DNA of 61,914 nucleotides, counting the filler, from Basidiobolus ranarum (taxonomy: Eukaryota), in assembly GCA_040143965.1 (NCBI GenBank). It is 22 parts of 22 records of this genome, joined end to end, with 100 filler letters (N's around TTAATTAATTAA, not from the genome) between each part and the next. Parts side by side here need not be neighbours in the genome. Positions count along the whole stretch, not along the records: positions 8,487 to 11,213 come from JASJQH010003030.1; positions 11,314 to 14,036 come from JASJQH010003031.1; positions 14,137 to 16,859 come from JASJQH010003032.1; positions 16,960 to 19,682 come from JASJQH010003033.1; positions 19,783 to 22,504 come from JASJQH010003034.1; positions 22,605 to 25,324 come from JASJQH010003035.1; 16 more parts are not named here. One strand, written 5' to 3'. Positions 11,201-23,432 of this stretch are shown here, one piece after another. Position 1 is the first letter of the stretch; the number at the start of each line of letters is the position of its first letter. A model generated the notes under the pieces. That model was not told the origin of the DNA. It searched no databases and saw nothing but the letters and a program-made list of their open reading frames with translations. Both the position numbers and the translations under genes were made by a program.

Positions 11201-11313
11201 ACAGTTTTGCAATNNNNNNNNNNNNNNNNNNNNNNNNNNNNNNNNNNNNNNNNNNNNTTAATTAATTAANNNNNNNNNNNNNNNNNNNNNNNNNNNNNNN
11301 NNNNNNNNNNNNN

Positions 11314-12122
11314 CTCAGCTCCAGTAAATTTTAAGCATTCTTCTACATCTTCATGGTAGAGAATATTTCCATTGGCAAAGATGGGAACTGATACAGCCTT
11401 CCGAACGCATTTTATCTGCTCCCAATCAGCCAACCCGGTATTATGCCCTCTTTGTTCACGAAAACGCCCATGTACGGTTAAAAGCTGCGCGCCAGCATCC
11501 ACTAACATCTTGGCATATTCAATAGTCTTATCAACGTCGGGGAAAATCCGGATTTTGCAAGTGACTGGAACCGAGAGTTCCTTGTGTAGCAAAGAAACTA
11601 AAGTTTAAATGGATTAGTAGAATGACACGATAAATAATACATTATTGTTTCTTACCCATTTTCTTCAAAAGTTCCCAATCTTCCATTAAGAAGGATCCGT
11701 AGTATCCTCGTTTAGCAATTTGTTGCGGGCAACCGATATTCAAATCAACCGCATCACATTTATCCTGAACTAGAAGTGCTGCTTTTAATAAAGTTTCTGG
11801 ATCATTGGCACAAAATTGAGCAATTAAAGGACGATCCTCGGGATTTGTGGTGAATTGTTCCTCGCGATAATGTTGATTTTCAAGAAAGAGTCGAGCGTGA
11901 AACATAGGAGTGTAGCAGAGTTGAGCCCCATAGCGACGACTTAGCATACGCCAGGCCTATCGTTCGAAACAGGGATATTAGAATAAATAGGAAATAGAAA
12001 CATTCTGACAAAATAGTTAAAGCTACCTCTTCAGATTGATCAACCATTGGAGCAACAACATATTTGGCACCCTTTAAAGATTTCTCCCAAAAATCAAAGC
12101 CTGTTAACTTCTGGTTGGTCAT
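11314..12122 (-). CDS. DUS1: tRNA-dihydrouridine(16/17) synthase, 3' truncated; exons 12122-12027, 11956-11656, 11597-11314
   Basis: [23 protein letters not shown] / [24 protein letters not shown]...[12 protein letters not shown]...[20 protein letters not shown] / VPVTCKIR...LLTVHGR. GT-AG introns of 70 and 58 nt restore the frame. Confidence 0.96.
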
Positions 12123-12859
12123 TTTGGGGGCCAAGATTTTACTTAGAGGAAGTCGAAAAATCTTAAGTATAACCTCGTAGGTCAAGAACGTCTTCGGGAG
12201 GGAAAAGCCAAGAAAAAAATTCTTACTAGTTTGCATATAAAGTAGTCTTTTGGTTTAGAATTTCTATTCTAGAATCATGAAAACCTCCCCAAGAGTAGTC
12301 GGTTTGAACCAATTGCTGTTGTTACGAAATGCAATCAGATTCTTATAATGGTTTAATCTACTTGCTCAGCAATCTTGGCATTCAGTTCCGTATATCTTTG
12401 ATTTAATCATAATTGAGTTGCGAATAGTCACTTCATTGGTGCTGCTAAGGCCGAGCAGAATCGCTATGGCATAGAAGTACAAGATTTAGGTATAGCTACT
12501 CCTTGATTTGTTGACAATTTGGGTCTTTTTTAGCGTTGACACTTTTATGAGTGAGACCATGCTGTGAAACGGATCCTGACCCGTTGATTCGTCAGGTGTG
12601 AGCCTGGTGATAATGTAAAGATGATCGAAGAGAATACACTGGTCAGTTTATTCTATAGTCACACATTATTTGTATTAAGAGGCGAGTACGCTCAAGGAAC
12701 AATACTCGATTGGAAATATATCTAGTAAGCTTCTCCAACATGAACAGCCAGCTGGAATTTTTCCTTCAGTGTGCATATTGCCAATATATATTCCCTTTTC
12801 TGACACCTTACAACTGGCTCCTTGAATGAAACGTTCGTAACTTCTATCTTACAAATACC

Positions 12860-13486
12860 ATGGCTTATATACTTCGAGGCTACCCCATCCCCATCGTTGT
12901 GATTATTCTTCAGTGTATACTCTATGGATACATCTCATTTGTTTACTACAACAAGCTCCCAGACCCTGTACCATTACGCTTTGAGAAGCAGCAGGCTGTT
13001 AGCTTTCAGACGAAACAAAAGTTTTTCACAATACACTTAGTTACCTTTTACCTGATCACCCTGGTTTTTACCCTCACTGGGATATTAGTTGCTACCCGCT
13101 TACCTGCTAGACATCTCAGAGTTCCTGGGAAGGAAAATTGGCTTGGTGTTCAAGAAAAAGAAAAACTTGTCAAGGTTCTTTCTTCTAAATACTGCTTATG
13201 GATCACCGTATTTACAGCACAGTTTCTTTTGGAACTCAATACTTTATTATATGAGGTAAGAGGGATTTTTTTTTTAACTCAAATGGTCTTGCACTTTAGT
13301 CTTGAATTAACATTTATATCCTAGTTGTCACTTAGAAAAAATCGAGAACTCTTCTGGTTTTTATGGGTATTCCTATGTATATATATTATTGAGGTAATAA
13401 TTACCACTTTAATCGGATACTTTAAAATTCGTTCTATTGGAAGTTTACAAGAAGTTGAGGATTTTCAACCATCTTTCTTCATTTGA
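12860..13486 (+). CDS. Four-TM membrane protein, DUF1648-like; exons 12860-13255 and 13325-13486 (185 aa)
   Basis: YNKLPDPVPLRF motif after TM1 and an LPARHLRVPGKENWL loop. A 69-nt GTAAG..CTAG intron gives an in-frame second exon with a fourth hydrophobic helix, ending TGA at 13484-13486. Divergent from DUS1. Confidence 0.7.
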
Positions 13487-14136
13487 TGCCGAGTTTTCAG
13501 AGTTTAGTTTTTACATAATATTTTTGTACATTTTACATCTGTAAGACATTTTTCTTACTTGTTAATGATTACAATGTATTTCTCCCCTTTTCAACATAAT
13601 TATGTACATCAAAAAAAATATGATCTTTTTACGTCTTAAATTATTCCTCTTAACATTTCTTCAGGCAGGTTGACTTTGAGGGCCGACTAAATCTTATTTA
13701 CAGTGTTTTAATCTAAAATGAGAGGAATTAAAAAAATCAATTAGACATTTCATAAAATCAATGGGACGATCGCAACAAATTGGAAATAAGTGAACAAACC
13801 AAATTAGACAATGCCGATTCTTTTTGTAGACACTTGCCCAAAGAAAAAGTGTTCAAAGACTTACTCTGTATCAAATGTTTAGTGTTGCGATAACAACACA
13901 GGATTGTTTGCTTTTTTCGTTGGTCGACTGCTGCTAGCTGACGAGACACCCTTTCTTTTATACCCGAAGGAGAGAGGTTCCTTCAATCTGCAAAAACCTT
14001 CTGATCTTTCCCCAGTTGAGCGCAAGTTAAAAAGGANNNNNNNNNNNNNNNNNNNNNNNNNNNNNNNNNNNNNNNNNNNNTTAATTAATTAANNNNNNNN
14101 NNNNNNNNNNNNNNNNNNNNNNNNNNNNNNNNNNNN

Positions 14137-15590
14137 ACTTTGGTTAATGCAGTACTGCTGGTAGATATCAGAAGTTGAAGAAGATGATGGTTTTGTCATT
14201 GGCTCTTTGTTATTGGCAAGCATTAGTCCACTCATAACACTTACAGTAAAGGAAGCAGTTTTGATTGTTGAAGAGAGGAGAGTTCAATCCAATCTTAGCA
14301 AATGAGTGTTTATTGATTTTGTTACAATTTTACCAGAGTTGATTGGCAACTGTTGCTTGTCACAGACCCGGTCCTAGTGGGGAACACTTGTCAGTTGTAT
14401 GACTTATAATTCTTCAAAAATTAAATTACCTTCATGTCCAAATGGTTGTTTGGCTTTTGCTGGTGATCTGAAAAACCTGAAGTCATGTACTCTTTGCACA
14501 CAGTTGTCAATCACTGAATCAGGTAAATATTGTTCTTGCTTGGCTTATATTTCATTGATTCTGCATCTTAAAGCTTTGATGAAATCACCGAAATATAGAT
14601 CAAGGATCCAATTCCAAAGTACTCACCATAAAGCTGAAGGTATTTCCTATATGCTTAATGGATATCACCACCACAACCTGAAAAGTCAAGGTTTCTTTGA
14701 GAGCATATATGAACATGCATTTGCATTGGCTCTGGATGGCTTCTTACTAAACCAATATACTGTTGGAAAGGCTTGCTGACCAATAATTCTAATTCTTTTA
14801 AATCTTCCTCCTTCTTAATGGTATAAGAGTCATGATATTTTGATACTATCCTTCATATCTGGCCCTAAATTACCAGTGTTTATAGATAGCTTCTTGGAGC
14901 CTTTGATTGTGGTGTTTTAATGGTTATCCAATGGAGTTCAGACAGGTGAAGATTTTATTAAAGCTAAAATCATTGTATGTATTGGTGGCACTCCAGCCAA
15001 TCAGTAAGTTTGGAGGTTATCATGAGCATAATGCACTATCATGCTGTAAATTTTGTCAAATCAACAGAGTTTACTCAATCCGGCATGCACATTGCTACCA
15101 TCCAAGCACAACTCTAAACTCTATGAATTTACCATCAGGAGCCTGGTCAGATATCTACATGGTCACTGATAACAATTTATCAAATAGTTACTCTTGCATA
15201 ATTCTTGGTATTAGCCATAAGCCTAGGATTGTATTGCTCTAGGGGATCAGCTGGAGCCAGAGCTCCCATTAGGCACTATGCACTTACTATTTCACAACAT
15301 TCCAATACTACTTACTCAGCTATGTAGTGGAAAAATCAATTTAAATGAGCCATTTGAGATAGGATCAAAGTTTGAATTGATTGGGAAAATATTTGAAAAC
15401 ACTGTGATACCATCATATTTTACCAGGACTCCCATCAATATCTACTCACCTAGGCATTTATTCAAATGCAAAGACTGGAAGTATAGGATTTGCTTGTATT
15501 TGAGTGGAATCTTGAAAAGATTTCTGCCTGATACATATTGCAACATTGAGAGTAGTTTGTGGATATTGTTAATATATTCTTATGGTGTAC
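14137..15590 (+). mobile_element. CACTA/En-Spm-type (Transposase_21-like) transposase remnant, N-terminal to central
   Basis: CPNGC.AF.G....SC..C zinc motif, FALALDGF, PIILILLNLPP, ISGPK.P..IDSFLEPL, HNALSCCKFC, FKCKDWK. Stops and frameshifts. Confidence 0.85.
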
Positions 15591-16505
15591 TTGTTTCAGG
15601 GTGTAAGCAGCAACAGTAACTGCAATATCCAAGGGTTTTGTGCGGTGTTCAAAGGGTGCAATAACCACGGTTGAATAACTCTGGGATGTACTGTAATATT
15701 GGTCTGTCTCTTGCCTCTTGGGTCTTTGTGAAAGGGAATAAAGCCTCTAGAATTGTCTAAGGACTGATAAACTACAATGCAATGTCCAGCTTTCTGTTGA
15801 ATAAAATGCTGGTGCCTGACAAAAGAATACACTGGCTTCAATGTCCTTTGAAGATGCGCAGATAAACAGGGTATATCCAATCAAAAACAACTGTAAACTC
15901 AGCCAGCAGGGTCTTGAACAAGGAAGCACTAGTAGTGATTTATCCAAGTATATGAAAAGTTCCTTGCCTATGCAGACAAAGCAAGGGAGTAAAATAAAAG
16001 TATCAGAAATATAACACCTACCTGTCAGTACTTCCTTTGAGCCATTTAAGTTTTTTCCAGTCACACAGTATCCTGTAACTGTCTCTAGTAGTCTCTCTTG
16101 AGCTTCCTCTTCAAAGATCTTGTAAGCAATGATGAAAATAAGGGGTGATCACCAGAAGTAATTGTTAGTTGAAAACCTGGATGATTTTCATTTGAAAAGC
16201 TATGGCTCCTATTTATACTTTTCTGAAGGTAGAAATGATTACTAATGAGAATTTCTGGAGAGTTCCAGAGAATTCTATTGCTGGGGATCTAGGGTTATAA
16301 TACCATCATAAATCATAAGATTGGTAATCCATGGAATGTACTGGACAATTGTAGAATGATCCAAAGAGTGATGGAATGTTCCGGCAAAATCAAGTTTTGA
16401 TTGTTCAAAATTCAATCAATTGGCAAGTATTCCAAGAATCTTGTTGAATGTTCCGGAAGATTGTAGAATTTTCCAGGAAATAATGGGGCTAATGTGGGTT
16501 ATGGC

Positions 16506-16670
16506 TGATAAATCTGAAATAATAGGCAATAATACTACTGGCATGATATAATTGGATAGGAAATATTTTAAGACAAATATGTATAATAAGATAGAAATTA
16601 TGCAATAGCAATGCTATAAGCTTGGAGTGGAAATAAGTCAACCTGCCAGTAGGTAGCAATGCTGCCCCTC
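16506..16670 (+). repeat. Dispersed repeat family D (possible LTR or terminal segment)
   Basis: TGATAAATCTGAAATAATAGG...GGAGTGGAAATAAGTCAACCTGCCAG..GGTAGCAATGCTGCCC also occurs at about 49625-49792 and reversed at about 25768-25890. The adjacent 25425-25700 matches about 53940-54220 in reverse. Confidence 0.6.
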
Positions 16671-16959
16671 TAAAATGACATCAACTCATAATGGTAGATC
16701 TCAGGCAGGTACAGCAACTGGTGAAGATTTGTAATTGGATATGAAGAACTTTATTACAGGTTTAGAGAAGATGGACTAAATACATGCTAGAATTCAATAC
16801 ATTCCCTGCTGCATCTTTCATAACACTTAGAAATTATGGGTCTTTGTTATACATTCTGCNNNNNNNNNNNNNNNNNNNNNNNNNNNNNNNNNNNNNNNNN
16901 NNNTTAATTAATTAANNNNNNNNNNNNNNNNNNNNNNNNNNNNNNNNNNNNNNNNNNNN

Positions 16960-18586
16960 TCCTTAACATATTCTACATGTTAGTTTGCTTACATCTTGAC
17001 AAAACTATAAATGTCAACTTTCTACTCAATAAATCAATAAGTGAAAACCACCAATTCCTCTAATTCTCCAGGCTCACACAAATCTGAATGAATTAGATCC
17101 AATTTTTTGAGAGACTTGATTAAGCCAGAGCTCTTGAACAGTTGCCTGGCTTGTTTTCCACCTATACAACCCTTCCAAATTTCTTTTTTGTTTGGGGGGC
17201 CAATTTGAATTCCAGAAATTAGGCAATTTTTGATCATTTTTCTCAATTAATCAAATTCAAATATGACCACATCTCTTATATCATAATTGAACAGTTTTTT
17301 GATTGGAATAACTTATGTTTAGGCATAAAACTCTTTTATTATATGTAAGTTTATACAACTTCTGACTCTTTTCTCCCAAAGCTAAATAATTCCCATATTT
17401 ATTAGTGATTGGGAATCCTGATTTATCAAAATCAAATTTTGCCCTTCTGAGGTGGCCTTGTACACAGATATTAAATTATTATTCTTGGCAATATCTGGAA
17501 CACATAGTACATCCTTAAGAGTATACACTTTCTCTTTGGAAGCACCAGTTACACTGACTTGAATTATTCCAATTCCAATGGCATCCAGTATGTGGGCATC
17601 TCCTGTGTAAATCTTTCTAAATGGGATCTCTTCATAATCCACAAACAAATGTAACCTATTTGTGAAGTGTTGGAGGCTCCAGAATAAATATACCACTTCT
17701 GCAAATCCTTGTTGGCAGTTATAGATAGACCAGATATGAACAAGTGAACTTCTGTTGCAATCACATTTCCAGATTCAATATGTACTTCTCCTTTTGAAAC
17801 TCTTTTAAAGCAAACTTTGCCTAAATAGCCAGTTCTTTTACAGTAATTGTTAAAGTACTTGGGAGCCTATTGGAATTGGTTTGGAGAATTGGAGAAATTG
17901 GTGGTTTTCACTTATTGATTTATTGAGCAGAAAGTTGACATTTATAATTTTGTCAAGATGTAAATAAACTAACATGTATAATGTGTTAAGGAGGTCCCAG
18001 GATGATGTGTACATAGTTTGGGCCTTCTAGCACAAGTTTCAAATATCTGTATATCTGAGAACTTCTAAGTTGGTAGATATATTCTAAGTAAGTTCCAATT
18101 GACCATAATGGATAATATGTTAGTGAAATATAAGATAACTAAGTACTAGGCTGTATATGCCTATATAGATGTTTAGGCAATGTTAATGTCAATGGTAAAT
18201 AGGGGGCAGTAGTTTCTTGCTTAATTCCATGAACTTTGCAAAAGTGCTCAAATATTGTTGAAGTATATTCTTCATTATTATCAGTATTTATACTCTTGAT
18301 TTTAGTGCCAGTTATGGTGTCCACAGATGTTACAAAATCTTTAAAGATAGAGAGAACTTGTTCTTTTCTTTCCATAAAGTAGACCCAAGTGTATCTTGTG
18401 TGATCATCAACAAATGTGATTAAATGTCTTTTTCTGCCTGAAGATAAATTTTGCATATGTCCACTCAAATTTGAATGAAGTAGATCCAATTTTTTTACAG
18501 ATTTGATTAAACCAGAGCTCTTGAATGGTTACCGGGCTTGTTTTCCATATATAAAACCCTTATAAATTTCCATTTTGGTTGAGGGG
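16960..18586 (-). mobile_element. Copia mosaic: partial LTR-B, zinc knuckle/protease/pre-integrase (17060-17847), LTR-B (17848-18194), integrase core (18195-18586)
   Basis: WYIYSGAS.H, LKDVLCVPDIAKNNNLISV, LDLIHSDLC, ITFVDDHTRYTWVYF, IKSINTDNNEEY. Confidence 0.85.
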
Positions 18587-18864
18587 TGTTGGATAATTAA
18601 TCTTTATTCAACATCATAGTTAACTTTAGTTATGATACATATATCAGAAACAGAAAGCAACATGTCTATAGCCCCTATATTCTAAATAGGAATATCTCAA
18701 TATCTATATAACAAGTCTGTCTTATTACCCCCACTTATCTATTATATCTTACTACACAAACTCCTGAATATATCAAACAATTGATTTACTTTTCTACTAT
18801 ATAAGTCACCATATACTCTCAAGAATAAAGTAACTAAAACACACTATCATAAGTTGCTTCTAAT
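18587..18864 (+). mobile_element. Putative LTR, family C
   Basis: Starts TGTTGGATAATTAATC and is nearly identical to 36492-36598. Right end uncertain. Confidence 0.55.
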
Positions 18865-19782
18865 AGTCAAAGTCTACCCCCATTATGTCAAGATCCTCCA
18901 ACTGACAAAAGTCAGCATGCAGATGAAACAAAACCTACAAGAGCATGTTGTTCTCAAAATGGCCAATCAGAAAAGAGTATATTGAAATGTTACAAAGGTG
19001 GAAAAATGGGACATTATTGCAAATCAAAAAAGAAATGGGTTTCAAAGAAAACAGAAGCATAAAACACCATTAATAGAAGAAATTGAAGCTATATACTTAG
19101 GTCAACCTTTGCATTAGGAATTGACTCTGCTGATATATGGAATTAGGTGTCATGAATCTGATCTTGGCATACTGATCCACTGCAAATGGAACTCTTCTAT
19201 TATAAGATTATGACATCATATCTGCTGTGCCATCCTTTTGCAGCAATCTTGTGCTAGTTCATCCAGGTTACCTTATATGGAAGTCATGTTCTTAGGAACA
19301 TTTCATGAAACCTAACCAATCATGTCATCCCACATATAGTATATACCTGCCAAGATCTTTCATGGAAGGTGACCTGATCATCCTTACATCATCCCTCTTT
19401 GCATTGGTCTTTATGGTCCCCAACACCCCAACAGTTGAACTTGCCACAGTATATTCCCTATTCAGCATATTATGTTTCACCCTGCAATATCTATATAAGC
19501 TCCCTGCTTCCCTTGATCAGACTGCAGTCTGATCAACACCAGTTGTCAATAAAGATTCTTGACAAAGTATCTTCCCTGTTCAGTCTTGTCATGCCTTGCC
19601 TTGTGGTCTACAGCCTAGTACCCTCCTGCTTTCTAGCCTCTTGTCTCTGTTTCCAGTCCTTTTCTAGTTTCTCATAGTGACANNNNNNNNNNNNNNNNNN
19701 NNNNNNNNNNNNNNNNNNNNNNNNNNTTAATTAATTAANNNNNNNNNNNNNNNNNNNNNNNNNNNNNNNNNNNNNNNNNNNN

Positions 19783-21695
19783 TCAAATGCAGCATCATTT
19801 CACCACAGGTATGCTCCATTGAGAACTCCCAGAATATATAGCAAGGGCCTATAATCACTAAGCATTGTGAAAGATGCAGCAGGGAATATTTTGAATACTA
19901 GCATAGATTCAGTCTATCATCTTTACACCTGTAATAAAGATTTTCATATCCAATTACAAAATCTTTGCACCGCCATTTTGGAAGTAGATGGCCATGACAG
20001 TGTGGCTGCTGAACTTTTCTCAACTATTGATTTCTATGTAATTGGGGGATTACTATCTCTCTACTTGCAGAATTGCTGGAAACGAACACATCTGGTAAAC
20101 TGATCAATGCCCCATAATTATTTGAGTTAGATTCTAGCTTGTTAATACCTTTCAAAGTGGATAGTTCATTTGTAGGCTGCACATCAATTAAGTCCTCTTT
20201 TCTTACTGTTTTTTTCCTTTTGTGCCTACAGGCTTTTGCTTGAAAACCAATTTTGATTTACATTTTGAATGCTTTTGAAAGGCATTAAAATATTCAGGTG
20301 GTAAACTTGGTGTAAAGAAATTGGCTAGAAACAGCTTAAAATAAACCAAAATTGCCATCCATTACTGGTAATATCTCGTAAAACCCATGATAACTCCTCT
20401 GTGACATCATCTCAGAAACAGCCTAAAAGATTGATGGAATTTACCTAAAATACCATCCTGATGTAGAAGATGTTCTTTTTTCTGCAATATCCATGTCATG
20501 CTGCAACACAAATGTCGAAAGAAACCCCACTATTATTGTCACCAATTTTTGTGCAATGAACACCAGAGGCTTCATAGAAAAATAATCACAAGCATGGTAA
20601 CTGTACAAAGCCACTAGCTGCACAAAACCTGGTGAATATCAAGAGTAATAAGTGCATCAAATCAACTTTAGTTTTGCCCATTGAGTCCACTGGCTGTGCT
20701 TTGCCTTAGAGTTTTTTCAACACTGCCAAAAGTCAAGATAGCTTGAAGTTACCAAAGTATATAACCAGAATAATGTAGGTAGAAATGCAACTTTAGTCAA
20801 ACCAGCAAGGCCAGACAACTTTGATGACATGCTGTTAGATGTTGACCTTGGTTATTCCAGTACCAATGGTTATATATCAGAAGTTAAAGAAGAAAAAAAC
20901 AGTTTGTTACAGATTCTTTGTTATCAGCAAGCATTTGTCCACTCATAACACTCACAGTAAAGGAAGCAGTTTTTATTATTGAGGAGTGGAGAGTTCAATC
21001 CAATCTTAGCAACCAGGTATTTATTGGTTTTCTTACACTTTTACCCCAGTTGATTGGCAAATATTGCTTGCTACAGACCTGGCAAAAGTGGCAAACACTT
21101 GTGAGTGGTATGACTTGACATCCTCCCGCAATAAACTGCCTTGATGCCCAAATTGTTGTTTGGCTTTCACTGGTGATGTGAAAAGCCTGAAGTCATGTAC
21201 TGTTTGCACACAATTGGCAATCACTGAATCAGGTAGACATTGTTGATATTTGGCTCACATACTGTTGATTCCCCATTTTAAAGTTTTGATGTAATCACCC
21301 AAATATAGATCATTGTTATAATACCAAAGTACTCACCATAAAGTTGCTGGTATTATCAATATATATGATGGATATGACTACCAAAATCTGAAAAGTCAAG
21401 GTTTCTTGGAGAACATGTATGATGATGCATTTGCATTGGCTCTGGATGGTTTCTCACTAACAAATATACGGTTGGAATGGCTTGCAGGCCAATATTTTTA
21501 TTTAACTTAAACCTTCCTCCTTCTAAATAGGATAAGAGTCATAATATTTTGATACTATCCATCATATCTGGACCTACATCACCAGTTCTTATAGATAGAT
21601 TCTTGGAGCATTTGATTGTGGAATTTGAATAGTTATGCAATGGGGTTTAGATGGGTATATATTCTGTTACAGCTAAAATCATTTTATGTTTTGGT
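19783..21695. mobile_element. CACTA remnants: transposase 3' piece (19783-19975, -), family-X repeat (20100-20725, -), transposase 5' part (20740-21695, +)
   Basis: 20820-21695 is homologous to 14137-14990, and 19783-19975 to about 4490-4680. Confidence 0.75.
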
Positions 21696-22504
21696 CCCTA
21701 ACAAAAATTTGAGGATTGTAATTGTAGGAAGACCATTACAATTTTAATCCATTTGGTAGTGATTATTTCTCACCATCATCAAATTGTCAAGACAGATTTG
21801 ATTTAAATCAATGTTTTAGGGTTTCTGGAGTGAAATGTCAGGAACTTGTAAAATTGTTAAACATTATCATAGAGTTCTTTATACCCAAAGCTTTGCTCAG
21901 ATCCAACACAAGTTTGTATCAATATCTCCATCAAAGCCCACCATTGTATTAACATTGCTGAATCAGCATTCTTCCAGCTATCTGGTGGATACCCTGAAAT
22001 ATTGTGCCACTCTGTATTAAGTTTTTCCAAGATATCTGCATGGTCAACACCAGACTCAATTTCAAGTTGATTTTTCTTTTTGTGAAGCCACTTTCAGCAT
22101 ACTTGCACTGCATTTTACCTTAATACATTTGAAACTACTCCTGAAGCACCTTTATGATCTTCATATGTCCTTGAAGTGTGACATTACTATGGGTGCTTTG
22201 TGGTGGTTGTGTAGCTTTTTGCTTGCCTTTAACTTTGAGGCTAATTCCAACACTTTGAAAAGTACCAGTTTAGGTTGGAGAGCTGTGAGTTTTCTTTTCT
22301 GATGTTTTGGCTTGCAGAGAGGTGGCAGGAGTTGGATAAACTTCCCAATTTAGCACTTTTGCAACTGGCATGCCTGGTTCCATGGTAAAATCAAGCTTTT
22401 TTGCAGTATATCTGACTCTGGAAAGGCAGATCTGTGTAATGGTGTGATCAATTTGGTAAGTGAACAGTAGAGCCTAAACTCACTGGCACTGTTGCTTTGC
22501 CCTT
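21696..22504 (-). mobile_element. Copy of the unclassified orphan-ORF element (terminus CCCTAACAAAAATTTGAGG)
   Basis: Reverse homolog of about 45590-46534, with an internal deletion. Confidence 0.75.
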
Positions 22505-22604
22505 NNNNNNNNNNNNNNNNNNNNNNNNNNNNNNNNNNNNNNNNNNNNTTAATTAATTAANNNNNNNNNNNNNNNNNNNNNNNNNNNNNNNNNNNNNNNN
22601 NNNN

Positions 22605-23432
22605 ACAGTGATGCAGACTGGGGAAGAAACCTTGATGATAGATGATCACCAACTGGATACTCTTTTCTCTAAGATAATGAAGCCATAACTTGGAATAGTA
22701 AGAAGCAACTAACCATAGAACTTTTCACTAGAGAAGCAGAGTATATGGCTGCCTCTGCTAATAAACAAGATGCTATGTGGTTGAGTAAGTAATTTACAGA
22801 CTTAGGATACATGCAAAATTGTGCCATTACTGTATTTCAAGATAATTAAAGTTGAATTTCATTAGCTTAAAACCCTACATTTCATGCTAGAACAAAAATA
22901 TAGATAGTAGGCATCATTTGTTAGAGAAACAATAAAGAATGACATAATTAAGCTTGTCTATTGCCCTACTGAAGTAATGATAGCTGATATCTTAAACAAA
23001 CCTTTAGCTACAGCACAGTTTGAATTATTAAGATATAAGTTAGGTTTAAGAGAAATACAAAATAATTAGTTGAGTGGTAATGTTGAAATTACGCAAATAG
23101 CAACTCATCATTTGGTAGTTAGTTTGTTCATATTCTGATTATTTAGCATGCAATTCTAACATTCAAAGACATGTGTTTATTGCTCTAATTGATGGAAATA
23201 TCAATTGGATCACTTCTACCAATTTTCACTATTTTCTCAAAACTTCTCCAAATCATCTCACATTTTCACCAATACTTAACAGGCATGTTTGTTATGATCT
23301 AAGCACATCCAATAGTTGTATTCCATAGTAAGCTGTAAATAGGACATCATCTATTCAATAATACTTAAGTGTCTAAGTTACAAATCCAAATCTTGTCTAA
23401 AGCACTTCTAAATCACCTAAACACTTTTATTA
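22605..23432 (+). mobile_element. Copia family A 3' end: RNase H, polypurine tract, 3' LTR (23081-23432)
   Basis: SDADWGRNLDDR*SPTGY...WNSKKQ...EAEYMA...MIADIL.KPL, then GTTGAGTGGTAA and TGTTGAAATT. Confidence 0.9.
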
